From: Candidatus Hadarchaeales archaeon
GTDB lineage: Archaea > Hadarchaeota > Hadarchaeia > Hadarchaeales > Hadarchaeaceae
DNA: 32,000 nt
NCBI GenBank assembly: GCA_038823825.1
Contig: JAWBCC010000001.1
Location: 60,001 to 92,000 of the forward strand
Reading direction: 5' to 3'
A program made the position numbers and the translations under genes. The notes under the pieces were generated by a model that did not search any database, was not told where the DNA came from, and saw only the letters and a program-made list of their open reading frames with translations. This document shows positions 15,118 through 25,661 of this stretch, in pieces; position 1 is the stretch's first letter, and each line of letters begins with the position of its first letter.

Positions 15118-17502
15118 ATGAAAGGAATTCTTCTGGATGCCGAATACATCGACGAAAAGGCTGAGATGAAGTTATGGCTGAAATCAGATGATCGTGTATT
15201 CTCGATCTCTGATAAAGATGTCTTTTGCAGTTTCTTCGTAGAAGGCGAAGATCTGGATAAACTAGTGAAAGTTATCGAAAAGATAGAAATAAAAGAGAAC
15301 GGGCGAATTGTAAGGCCAAAGTCTGTTAGAAAAGTTGAGATGAAAAAATTGGGCAGGCGACTGGAGGTCATCGAGGTTATTCCAGAGTTACCGAAAGATG
15401 TTCAAACTTTGAGAAGGCAGATACGAGATCTCCCCGGTGTAAAGCAGATTTACAACTACGACATCCCTGTGGCCAAATACTATCTCATTTCAAAAAATCT
15501 GGTTCCAATGGATGGCGTAGAGGAAGCTGAAACCAAATCTCTGAGACGCGTTCAAATGCCAATCCCCAAGCTTCGCGCCTTGAGTTTTGACATAGAGGTT
15601 TACAATCCAACTGGCTCGCCCAGACCAGAAAGGGACCCAATAATGATGGTCGGTCTAGCAGGAGACGACGGCTTTCGTAAAATTATAACATGGAGAAATT
15701 TCCCAACTAAGCTCGATTTTGTGGAGATCGTAGGGAGCGAAAGAGAGATGATTGAAAGATTCGTAGAAATCGTTAAAGAGAGCGACGTGGACGTTTTGTT
15801 CGGTTACAACACAGACTTCTTCGATTTTCCGTACCTAAAGGAGAGGGCAAAGCTGCTGAAGGTCAAGCTGAGTTTTGGAAGAGATGGGAGCGAAGTCGTA
15901 GCCAGAAGGCGCAAGTTCGCCACGGCCACACGTGTAAGAGGTAGAATCCACATAGATGTTTTTGCGATTATAGATTTTCTAGCGACAATTGGTACGATCA
16001 AACTGATCCACTATACTTTAGAAGATGTTTATCGCTATCTGCTAGGTAAGGAAAAACCCGATTTCGAGTTTACGAAATTTGTGGATGCTTGGGAAAAAGG
16101 TGGTGAGGAATGGGAGAAACTTTTGATGTACAATCTTTCCGATGCTGTGGCCACCTTGGAGCTTGGGCAGGAGCTTCTTCCACTATTCCTCGAGCTCTCA
16201 AAAATCATCGGTCAGACCCCCTTTGACGTTGTGAGGATGACGCCTGGACAGATAGTCGAGTGGCTCTTGATCGCTGAGGGTTACCGCAAAGGAGAATTGA
16301 TTCCGGCGAGACCAGTTGCAGAGACTTACGAGGAAAGAATGGAAGAAACATACGCGGGAGCCTATGTGATGGAACCCATCAAAGGCTTGCATGAAAACCT
16401 TGTCGTTTTTGACTTTCGCTCCCTCTATCCTTCGATAATAGTAACGCACAATATAGATCCTTCGACGATAAACTGCGACTGCTGTCAAGAGGATGGAGAA
16501 AAAGTGCCGGATCTCCCCTATTATATTTGCAAACGAAAGCGTGGTTTTCTACCCGAGGTCGTTGAAAAAATTCTTAACGCCAGATTCGAGACGAAAAAGA
16601 AACTCAAAGAATTGAAAAGAGATTCTTATGAATATAAACAACTCAATGCGAAACAATGGGCTCTGAAAATCATCGCGAACAGTTTCTACGGAATGCTTGG
16701 TTATCCGAAGGCTAGGTGGTATTCAAAAGAATGCGCGGAGAGCATTACGAGTTTTGGTAGGCATTATATAAAGAAGACAATAAAGATGGCAGAAGAATTT
16801 GGTCTTAAGGTTGTGTACTCCGATACCGATAGCCTACACTGCCTGTTGGGAAACAAAACGAAAGAGGATGCACTGAAATTTTTGGACGAGGTAAACAGCA
16901 AACTTCCTGGGATAATCGAGCTGGAGTTGGAAGGATTTTATCCGAGAGCAATCTACGTAACAAAAAAGAGATACGCGATGATAGACGAGGATGGGAGAAT
17001 AACTGTCAAGGGTTTAGAGTTTGTCCGCAGGGATTGGGCAGCAATAGCGAAATACACGCAGGAGGAAGTTCTGAAAGCCCTTCTCAAAGATGGTTCAAAA
17101 GAAAAAGCCGCTCGGATAATCAACGAGATAGTAGAAAGAATCCGAAAAGGTGACGTAAAACTCGAAGATCTCATAATATACACACAACTGAAGATGCCGA
17201 TTGAAAATTACAAATCCGTTGGGCCCCACGTCGTTGCCGCAAAGAGACTCAGAGAGGCTGGAAGAGAGGTTGAGCCTGGAATGATAATCGCCTATGTTCA
17301 AACGCGCGGCAGGGGTAGCATAAGCGAAAGAGCTTATCCAGTGGAGCTGCTTGGCGACAGAAGCTATGATCCGGAGTATTACATAAACCATCAGGTTCTC
17401 CCAGCAGTGATGCGCATAATGGAGGTTTTGGGATACTCGGAACGAGAGTTAACATCGAAAACTGTTGAAAAACCAAAGGGATTGGACTTCTTCCTAGCCT
17501 AA
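15118..17502 (+). CDS. polB: DNA polymerase, family B (PolB), no inteins
   Basis: Exo I SFDIEVY, motif A DFRSLYPSII, motif B KIIANSFYGMLGY, motif C YSDTDS. ATG 15118 follows TTG 15115. GATTTAATTG about 27 nt upstream suggests a leaderless start. Confidence 0.95.
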   Translation: MKGILLDAEYIDEKAEMKLWLKSDDRVFSISDKDVFCSFFVEGEDLDKLVKVIEKIEIKENGRIVRPKSVRKVEMKKLGRRLEVIEVIPELPKDVQTLRRQIRDLPGVKQIYNYDIPVAKYYLISKNLVPMDGVEEAETKSLRRVQMPIPKLRALSFDIEVYNPTGSPRPERDPIMMVGLAGDDGFRKIITWRNFPTKLDFVEIVGSEREMIERFVEIVKESDVDVLFGYNTDFFDFPYLKERAKLLKVKLSFGRDGSEVVARRRKFATATRVRGRIHIDVFAIIDFLATIGTIKLIHYTLEDVYRYLLGKEKPDFEFTKFVDAWEKGGEEWEKLLMYNLSDAVATLELGQELLPLFLELSKIIGQTPFDVVRMTPGQIVEWLLIAEGYRKGELIPARPVAETYEERMEETYAGAYVMEPIKGLHENLVVFDFRSLYPSIIVTHNIDPSTINCDCCQEDGEKVPDLPYYICKRKRGFLPEVVEKILNARFETKKKLKELKRDSYEYKQLNAKQWALKIIANSFYGMLGYPKARWYSKECAESITSFGRHYIKKTIKMAEEFGLKVVYSDTDSLHCLLGNKTKEDALKFLDEVNSKLPGIIELELEGFYPRAIYVTKKRYAMIDEDGRITVKGLEFVRRDWAAIAKYTQEEVLKALLKDGSKEKAARIINEIVERIRKGDVKLEDLIIYTQLKMPIENYKSVGPHVVAAKRLREAGREVEPGMIIAYVQTRGRGSISERAYPVELLGDRSYDPEYYINHQVLPAVMRIMEVLGYSERELTSKTVEKPKGLDFFLA

Positions 17503-17545
17503 ATCATGTTTTTAAGGAAAGTCTCGGAAATTTTGCAGGATATGC

Positions 17546-18439
17546 ATGCTTACCCCAGAAGAACTTGAGAAATATCGCAAAGTCGGAAAAATACTAGCTG
17601 AAGTTCGAGAAGAGATAAGGAAAATGGTTAAGCCGGGTGTTAGGATTTTTGATTTGGCCGAAACCGCCGAAGAACTCATAAGAAAGAAGGGGGCAAAACC
17701 TGCTTTTCCGTGCAACATCTCCGTGAACGAAATAGCAGCCCACTATTCCCCACCTGTTGATGATCAGCGAGTAATTCAAGAAAGCGATGTGGTCAAAGTA
17801 GATATCGGGGCGCACATCGACGGGTACATTGCTGACACGGCATTTACAGTAGCTTTCGGCAACGAGGTAAAACTAGTCGAAACCGTCGAAAAAGCTCTCG
17901 AAGCGGCCATAAATGCTGTTAAACCGGGAATCGATGTTGGAGAAATAGGCAGGGCAGTTCAGGAGACAGTAGAAGCCGCGGGATATAGACCAATTCGAAA
18001 TCTCACAGGACACAGTTTGGCTCCTTGGGATCTTCATGCGGGGATATCGATCCCGAACGTGGTTGAGAGGACAGGACAGACACTTGAAGTCGGCGATGTG
18101 CTTGCTATAGAACCGTTTATCACCACCGGAATCGGTTTTGTGGAGGATCAAGAAAAAGTTTACATCTTCAGGTATGTACGTGACGCTCCAGTAAGGTTGA
18201 GAATGACTCGCCAACTCCTGCGTGACATAAAACAGAATTATAATTCGCTCCCATTTGCTGAAAGGTGGCTGTCCAAGAAATTCTCCAAAGTGAGATTAGA
18301 ACTTTGTTTGAAGGAGCTGGTTGGAAGTGGGGCATTATGGCCATATCACGTGCTCGCCGAAAGAGCCGGTGGAAAAGTTGCTCAAGCAGAACACACAGTC
18401 ATAGTAACCGAGAATGGCTGCGAGATAACAACGCTTTAA
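17546..18439 (+). CDS. map: Methionine aminopeptidase, type 2 (archaeal)
   Basis: 297 aa; AFPCNISVNEIAAHYSP, DIGAHIDGYIAD, GHSL and AQAEHTV are the pita-bread fold metal ligands. Confidence 0.92.
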   Translation: MLTPEELEKYRKVGKILAEVREEIRKMVKPGVRIFDLAETAEELIRKKGAKPAFPCNISVNEIAAHYSPPVDDQRVIQESDVVKVDIGAHIDGYIADTAFTVAFGNEVKLVETVEKALEAAINAVKPGIDVGEIGRAVQETVEAAGYRPIRNLTGHSLAPWDLHAGISIPNVVERTGQTLEVGDVLAIEPFITTGIGFVEDQEKVYIFRYVRDAPVRLRMTRQLLRDIKQNYNSLPFAERWLSKKFSKVRLELCLKELVGSGALWPYHVLAERAGGKVAQAEHTVIVTENGCEITTL

Positions 18440-18440
18440 T

Positions 18441-19127
18441 CTACTTCTGGAGAACAAACATTGCGTGATCTTTCTCAAAAGGATCAAGGATTTTCATGTC
18501 GAGAATCTCCATTTCTTTATCCAATCTTTCGATTTCATCCCGGAATATTTCTCTAGGTTCCTTAGTTACATCTATAGAACGAGCCTTTAGAGCTAACAAG
18601 ATATATCCATCCTTCTTGAGAAACATCGATGCATTTTTCAGCATGATGTCTACTTGGTCAGGCTGAGCAACATCCTGATAAATCACATCGGCCTCTCTGA
18701 CGAGCGGAGCATAACTCGCCGGATTTCGAGCATCGGCCAAAATCGGAATCATGTTTGGTCTTCTTGCACAGAGAGATAAAAGAGCATGCAAGGGTCTGGT
18801 TGATATCTCGACGCAAAATACTTTACCTTCGGGGCCAACCACGTCACTGACATAACTTGCAGTAGTTCCGCTAGCAGCACCTAGATAAAGCACTCCGTTT
18901 CCTCTCTCCAGCGGAACTTCTTTAATTCCCTTCAATATCGCAGCAGCTAGTTTACTTCTGTAGGGATCCCATATGCGATAAATACGAGATTCGATTTCAA
19001 TGGAGATTTCGTCAGCATATGCCTTGCAACCAGAAACCAAACTTTCAGTTGCAAGTTTTCTGGTTTTATTTTCGAACTCTATCCAGAAGATGTTTCGGAA
19101 TTTTTCGTGAGCGATTACCTTTGGCAT
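18441..19127 (-). CDS. flpA: Fibrillarin-like rRNA/tRNA 2'-O-methyltransferase
   Basis: 228 aa; VLYLGAASGTTASYVSDVVG, VFCVEIS, PILADARNP and IYQDVAQP form the SAM-binding fibrillarin pattern. Confidence 0.93.
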   Translation of the reverse strand: MPKVIAHEKFRNIFWIEFENKTRKLATESLVSGCKAYADEISIEIESRIYRIWDPYRSKLAAAILKGIKEVPLERGNGVLYLGAASGTTASYVSDVVGPEGKVFCVEISTRPLHALLSLCARRPNMIPILADARNPASYAPLVREADVIYQDVAQPDQVDIMLKNASMFLKKDGYILLALKARSIDVTKEPREIFRDEIERLDKEMEILDMKILDPFEKDHAMFVLQK

Positions 19128-19168
19128 TCAATATGAAAAACATTATCGCTGAATAAATATTTTTCGAG

Positions 19169-20317
19169 TTATCGGCTTTCCGACTCTTTAAGGATTTTTG
19201 CTACCTTTATCTTAAATTCCTCGAGTAAACGGTCTCCCATAAATTCTCCGGCCATTGCGTCTAAACGTGCCGCGATTGCGATTTTTCCCGCAAGTGCTCT
19301 TGCTATTTTCCCTCTAAACTTCTTGGGCGACGTCCTTATAGAGGGATGTTGATATATCACACCGTGCTTCGGGGGTTTCGCCCTTGTTTTCAGCGCTCTG
19401 AAGAGGGCCTTTTCCGCTCCTAGAACTTGTATGGTGCTCGCGGGCATTTTTGCTAATTCATCTAAGCCCCCCGCCAATGCTATGAGTCTGGCTCCTATTG
19501 TTCCCCCAACCAAGGTCTTTAGGTTGGGCGCAATCTGTGTCATTAAATCGTCAATATATTCAGCAGTTTTTTCTCGTAGTTTCTGCAGTTCAATTATCAT
19601 CTTGATTTCTTCCTGTATGATCTGTCTGTCTATCTCGTCGAAGGATGCGCCCACAGAAGTCACTGCAGCGTCCTCTATTTTCTTTGCAAGGTCGTCAGAA
19701 ATCTTTGCGATAGTTTTTATGTTTTCTGCCTTGAAATTTTCTCTGAGTCCTAATTCGAGAACAAGCTTCAAATAGTTCTGATGATCTGGAACAAATCTAT
19801 CCAGTTCTGGGAAGTGCATACCGTACCATTCCCGAACTCTAACAGTCAGGATGTTTATGAACTTGTCAAGCTCATCCAGAACCTCGATTACACGTATAAC
19901 AAGTTTGTCTCTCTGCGAGACTTCACGTTTCAACTTCAGTCTAGTAAGTATGAAGTTGACCTCGCGTAAAAGCAAATCAACATCTTTGTATCCGATTTCT
20001 TCCCCTATATCGTGAAGTTTCCCTCTGAGCAACATTCCAGCCTTGTTTGGAGCCAGAACTTCGAATTTTGCGTTTTTAAATTCTTTTGCTAGCTCTTCTG
20101 CGAGTTGCGTTTGTTCAAGCGTAAAGGAGCTCTCTCCTTTCATGATAAGCTCCCTGATTAGACTTCTATGCTCTTCTGTTGGAACGCCCATCTGAACGCT
20201 AGCCAATCTTCCGGCTATCTCTGCAGGGTCATCTGGAAATCTTTTGTATGCTACTAGCTCCCCTTGATCGTCGAAGGCGAACACGCCAAGTACACATTCC
20301 GATATGTGAAGCGTCAT
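19169..20317 (-). CDS. nop5: C/D box sRNP core protein Nop5 (Nop56/58)
   Basis: 382 aa, with a coiled-coil middle and a NOP domain (LGAEKALFRALKTRAKPPKHGVIYQHP). Immediately upstream of flpA. Confidence 0.92.
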   Translation of the reverse strand: MTLHISECVLGVFAFDDQGELVAYKRFPDDPAEIAGRLASVQMGVPTEEHRSLIRELIMKGESSFTLEQTQLAEELAKEFKNAKFEVLAPNKAGMLLRGKLHDIGEEIGYKDVDLLLREVNFILTRLKLKREVSQRDKLVIRVIEVLDELDKFINILTVRVREWYGMHFPELDRFVPDHQNYLKLVLELGLRENFKAENIKTIAKISDDLAKKIEDAAVTSVGASFDEIDRQIIQEEIKMIIELQKLREKTAEYIDDLMTQIAPNLKTLVGGTIGARLIALAGGLDELAKMPASTIQVLGAEKALFRALKTRAKPPKHGVIYQHPSIRTSPKKFRGKIARALAGKIAIAARLDAMAGEFMGDRLLEEFKIKVAKILKESESR

Positions 20318-20363
20318 CCTCTGATTTTATTTCGCAATTCTCGGTTAAAACCTTGCCGAGTTT

Positions 20364-21476
20364 CTATCTGAGTAACCAAGGATTTCCTATTCTGATTTTC
20401 TCCAAACCTTCTTTCTTGCAAATTTTTAGATATCGTTCCGCATCCTTCTTCGACGTGTAGGGCATATCGTTCATCCACCACGTTGGATGAAAGGCAAGCA
20501 AAGAATATGGAATGGTTGGATCGAGATCAGCGATGAAAGAAGCAATTTGTTCGATTTCTTCGTCATCTACATAGCCAGGAACGAGTAGTGTGCTCGCACG
20601 GGCAAATGGAACTTCAGGACGTTCTCGATGCATTTTGGCAAGCCATTCAAAGTTTTCATATGCCTTCCTGTGCTTGACTCCAGTAAGAGCATAGAGAATT
20701 TCGGTAGACCAGCATTTCAGGTCAGCCTTTATTCCACCACCGCTTTCAAGAGAAATCTTCGCAATGTCTTCAAGATATCTCCTATTCATGCTCAGATTTG
20801 TTTCCAAACATATTCTTATGATTCTTCGCTCGCTCTCCGACCTTTCTCTAATAAGCTTAGCGGAGGCGATAACGAAAGGCATCTGGCTCGATGGATCTCC
20901 TCCGAAATAGCAGACGCAGCCAACCTTGCTATTTGCCTTTTCGGACAGTTCGGATGCGCTCATGACGGGGCCACCAGCAGCTGTCAATTCTCTAAAAGAG
21001 AAATTTTGACAGAAAAGACAGCTATAAGTGCAACTTCCTAGAAAAACGGCCAGATTGTACCACCCTATGTCTCCATATGGGGTCCTGCACCATTTTGGAT
21101 ATCCAGCTCCGCTAGAACCAGCACAGAAATCTGCTGGAACACAGTTGGTTGGCAGGGGGTCATGATAGTATGTTAGGAGACCTTTTTCTGATGTGCCGAA
21201 AATTCGCAATAACTTTCCATTATTGTTTTTAACGACTCCGCAGAACCCCACGCTGTTTGGTGGTATCTCGCACATATTGCCACAGTCCGTACATTGTACA
21301 CCATTCGGGTCTCTCGGAGGTTCTGGTGGAAGTCCATGCGCAGATCTTATCTTTGCATGTGCTCTTGCGATGTACTCTTTTGCATCATCGAATCTATTTC
21401 TAACACAATCTGGACAAACCTCCAGAACGCTAGAAATGTAAGGAGATTTTTTGCCACAGACCCTGCAGATGCCCAC
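20364..21476 (-). CDS. Radical SAM protein, PflA/AmrS-like, with N-terminal Zn-ribbon and extra Cys cluster
   Basis: 370 aa; GTG start. CRVCG...CPDC ribbon, CTDCGNMC...FCG cluster, and GSCTYSCLFCQN (CX3CX2C). Substrate unknown. Confidence 0.7.
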   Translation of the reverse strand: MGICRVCGKKSPYISSVLEVCPDCVRNRFDDAKEYIARAHAKIRSAHGLPPEPPRDPNGVQCTDCGNMCEIPPNSVGFCGVVKNNNGKLLRIFGTSEKGLLTYYHDPLPTNCVPADFCAGSSGAGYPKWCRTPYGDIGWYNLAVFLGSCTYSCLFCQNFSFRELTAAGGPVMSASELSEKANSKVGCVCYFGGDPSSQMPFVIASAKLIRERSESERRIIRICLETNLSMNRRYLEDIAKISLESGGGIKADLKCWSTEILYALTGVKHRKAYENFEWLAKMHRERPEVPFARASTLLVPGYVDDEEIEQIASFIADLDPTIPYSLLAFHPTWWMNDMPYTSKKDAERYLKICKKEGLEKIRIGNPWLLR

Positions 21477-21742
21477 ATTATTAATTTATCTTTGGAACCT
21501 TTTTATGTGCTTTAAAGGGATCAAAACAAAATTTTGGCAGGACAGCCGCTTTTTCAGCGAATCATCGGGGTTGCCTAAAATTTATAAGCCTCTAGGAGAA
21601 GCCGAGAAAAGCTAGCAGGATCCAGCTGAGACTTATAACCAACAAAATATGGCTGAAGTTGTTTTTATTTTCCCTGAAATCCGCGTTCCAAGAAATAAGT
21701 TAGGAGGCTTGAGCCCGGCCCGCTAAATCGATTTTTTGATAA

Positions 21743-22813
<1,071 letters not shown>

Positions 22814-22823
22814 AAAGTATCCC

Positions 22824-22856
22824 AAAGCTTTAAAGCTTTCTTTTTTCATATTTTTT
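22824..22856 (+). terminator. Hairpin plus T-tracts after gap
   Basis: AAAGCTTTAAAGCTTT (22824-22839) can pair as AAAGC/GCTTT. It is followed by T6 (22841-22846) and T6 (22851-22856). Oligo-T tracts are archaeal termination signals. Confidence 0.5.
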
Positions 22857-22872
22857 CCTTGAGGGATTAAAC

Positions 22873-23760
22873 ATGGAAATAATCATCGGTTCTGAGCGGT
22901 TGAAGAGAGGCTTTGCCAAAATGCAAAAAGGCGGGGTCATAATGGACGTTACGAACGTTGAGCAAGCGATTATAGCAGAGGAAGCGGGAGCTGTTGCAGT
23001 CATGGCTCTCCAGGCAGTTCCGGCCGACATAAGAGCAGCTGGCGGTGTGGCAAGGATGGCGGATCCTGCTCTGATCAAAGAGATAATGGATGCTGTCTCG
23101 ATTCCAGTAATGGCGAAGTGTAGAATAGGACACTTCGCAGAAGCTCAAGTTCTAGAAGCCTTAGGAGTCGACATGATTGACGAGTCTGAAGTGCTAACCC
23201 CAGCGGATGAGGAATTTCACATTGACAAAAGAAAATTCAAGGTCCCGTTTGTGTGTGGAGCGAGAGATTTGGGAGAAGCACTCAGAAGAATTAACGAAGG
23301 TGCAGCCATGATAAGAACAAAGGGGGAAGCTGGAACCGGAAACATAGTGGAGGCGGTCCGGCATATAAGGTTGACAAAAAGACAAATAGCAGAACTTTCA
23401 GGATTAGATGGAGTAGAACTATCTGCAAAGGCCAGGCAATATGGAGTGCCGGTTGAACTTGTCGAGCAAACAGCGAAACTTCAGAGATTGCCGGTTGTAT
23501 GGTTCTGCGCTGGTGGAATCGCCACGCCAGCCGATGCCGCCCTTGTTATGCAGCTTGGTGTGGATGGGATATTTGTGGGCTCTGGGATATTCAAGTCCAG
23601 CGATCCACCGAGAATGGCAAGGGCAATAGTGGAGGCAGCGAGGTATTACGACAATCCGGAGAAAGTCTTGGAGGCATGTATGAATTTGCCAATGCCAATG
23701 AGGGGTATAGATATAAGAATGCTCGAGGAAAAGGAAAAACTTCAAGTCAGAGGAGTTTAG
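22873..23760 (+). CDS. pdxS: Pyridoxal 5'-phosphate synthase, lyase subunit PdxS
   Basis: 295 aa; [38 protein letters not shown] and FVGSGIFKS. No pdxT adjacent. Confidence 0.95.
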   Translation: MEIIIGSERLKRGFAKMQKGGVIMDVTNVEQAIIAEEAGAVAVMALQAVPADIRAAGGVARMADPALIKEIMDAVSIPVMAKCRIGHFAEAQVLEALGVDMIDESEVLTPADEEFHIDKRKFKVPFVCGARDLGEALRRINEGAAMIRTKGEAGTGNIVEAVRHIRLTKRQIAELSGLDGVELSAKARQYGVPVELVEQTAKLQRLPVVWFCAGGIATPADAALVMQLGVDGIFVGSGIFKSSDPPRMARAIVEAARYYDNPEKVLEACMNLPMPMRGIDIRMLEEKEKLQVRGV

Positions 23761-23781
23761 TCTGATTTCAGGAAGATTTGG

Positions 23782-25077
23782 ATGAGATTTGTCAAATTCA
23801 TCCGAGATCCGGTGCACGGTTATATCCCCGTTACCGAAGCGGAACTGAAAGTTCTTGATACGTTGCCTGTTCAGCGCCTCAGGGGAATAAAACAACTTTC
23901 AATAGCATCGATAGTGTACCCAGGCGCAGATCATTCAAGATTTTCTCATGCTCTTGGGAGCATGCATATTGCTGGCCAAATCGTCAGAGCTTTGCGTGAA
24001 CATGTCGAGATTTCCGAAGATGAAGAACAGCTGGTGCGAATAGCGGCCCTGCTTCATGATGTCGGGCATGGTCCTTTTTCACACTCCTTTGAAGAAGTGA
24101 TGGTTGAGAAAAAAAATCTAACTCACGAGGACATGGGGAGAAGAGTAGTCACGGAAAGTGAGTTGGCCGATACTATAAGTTCTTTGGGGTTTACACCGCA
24201 GGAGGTCTGTGAACTTTCTTTTGGAAAAACCGGCGGAAGAAAGGGATATCTCAAACAAGTGATCGCTAGTCAAGTTGATGCGGACAAGTTGGATTTTTTA
24301 ACCAGAGATTCATACTACACGGGAGTCGAATATGGGCGTGTCGATGTCAGCAGATTAATTCAGGCAATGGGAGTGGTGAATGGAAATATAGCCATAGATT
24401 TGAAAGCTCTTTATGCGCTGGAGGCCTTCATGATCGCAAGATATGAGATGTTTTTAGCGGTCTATTATCACCACGCCGTCAGAGCGGCTGAGATCATGCT
24501 TCACAAAGCGATGATACATGCAGATGAGTTTCTTGGTTTAACGGATTTTAAAACAATCGATGATTTTTTGCGGATGGACGATGCGTACCTTATTTCAAAG
24601 TTGCGGGAACTTTCAGCTTCAAGCGAGAACCGAGATATTTTGATTGTTCGCGAAATGCTTGAAAGGCTCGATAGAAGACAACTTCTGAAGGCAGTTTATC
24701 AGCGAAGCATTCATCTACGTGATGCATATTTGGCGAGTCTGCTGAGCGACAAGTCCCTGCGCGAGGAGAAGGAGAAAGAAATAGCAGCCGCTTCTGGAAT
24801 AGATCCGGAGAGTGTGTTTGTGGATGTTCCCACTCTCGATTCTATTCCCTATTATCCGCGTGAGATAGACCCCATGGAGATCCCAGTTTTTCGTATTACC
24901 TCTGATGGAACAAAAGAGATTGTTCCAGTTTCTCATTACTCGCAGCTGCTGAATATTTTGAAAGGATACGTAGATATAATCCGGGTTTACACTTTCCCAG
25001 AATACAGAGATGTGGTGGAGAAAGCGGCAGAGAAAGTTTTCGGTTCGATGCCATTCTTTACGCAGATAAACATCTGA
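23782..25077 (+). CDS. HD-domain phosphohydrolase (COG1078, SAMHD1/dNTPase-like)
   Basis: 431 aa; IRDPVHGYI, RLRGIKQL, SRFSHALG, LLHDVGHGPFSH and DADKLDFLTRDSYYTG. Confidence 0.8.
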   Translation: MRFVKFIRDPVHGYIPVTEAELKVLDTLPVQRLRGIKQLSIASIVYPGADHSRFSHALGSMHIAGQIVRALREHVEISEDEEQLVRIAALLHDVGHGPFSHSFEEVMVEKKNLTHEDMGRRVVTESELADTISSLGFTPQEVCELSFGKTGGRKGYLKQVIASQVDADKLDFLTRDSYYTGVEYGRVDVSRLIQAMGVVNGNIAIDLKALYALEAFMIARYEMFLAVYYHHAVRAAEIMLHKAMIHADEFLGLTDFKTIDDFLRMDDAYLISKLRELSASSENRDILIVREMLERLDRRQLLKAVYQRSIHLRDAYLASLLSDKSLREEKEKEIAAASGIDPESVFVDVPTLDSIPYYPREIDPMEIPVFRITSDGTKEIVPVSHYSQLLNILKGYVDIIRVYTFPEYRDVVEKAAEKVFGSMPFFTQINI

Positions 25078-25636
25078 GCATAGGTTGAACAAGTTTTCTT
25101 ATTTCATTTTGAACCTCATCGGCCGATAGGGTCCCATTCACGAGTTTTAACTTTCCATTTTTCGCCAGCTGAAGATAGCGAAGACGAACACTTTTCTGCA
25201 GCTTTAAATCCTTCTCAAACTCATCGAGTTTCTTGTTCATTCTTCTCATCGAGACTTCGGGTGGCGTGTCTATCAATATTGAGAGATCTGGTTCTGGTGC
25301 AAATTTATTTGCGGCCAGAATTTCCTTTAAGCTTGCTCCACGAGTTGTCTGATAAACGATTGATGAGCAGACATATCTCTCGCTTATAACAATCTTTCCA
25401 TCTCCGAGAGCAGGAAGTATAACGTTTCCCAGATGCCACATTCTGTCGGCAGCAAATAGGTTCACCTCAGCAGAAATCGAAGTCCTGATTTCTCCGTTTA
25501 GAATTTTTCTTATAAATCTACCTATTGGTCCGTCAGTAGGTTCATCGGTGAGGATAACTTCATATCCTTCAGATCTTAACCATTCTGCAAGCATTCTTGC
25601 TTGTGTACTTTTTCCACACCCGTCTATACCCTCCAA
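25058..25636 (-). CDS. tmk: Thymidylate kinase (start unresolved; see findings)
   Basis: P-loop EGIDGCGKST, DEPT and DRY-like ERYVCS. The first canonical start in frame is TTG 25636, but the frame upstream still encodes the conserved strand RGLFIVL. Confidence 0.8.
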   Translation of the reverse strand: MEGIDGCGKSTQARMLAEWLRSEGYEVILTDEPTDGPIGRFIRKILNGEIRTSISAEVNLFAADRMWHLGNVILPALGDGKIVISERYVCSSIVYQTTRGASLKEILAANKFAPEPDLSILIDTPPEVSMRRMNKKLDEFEKDLKLQKSVRLRYLQLAKNGKLKLVNGTLSADEVQNEIRKLVQPMLRCLSA

Positions 25637-25661
25637 TACAATGAACAGTCCTCTCAGTTTT

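Noticed and set aside
21650-21727. 25-aa ORF MAEVVFIFPEIRVPRNKLGGLSPAR in the rSAM/gap spacer
   Set aside because: It has no SD and no recognisable features, so it is probably fortuitous.
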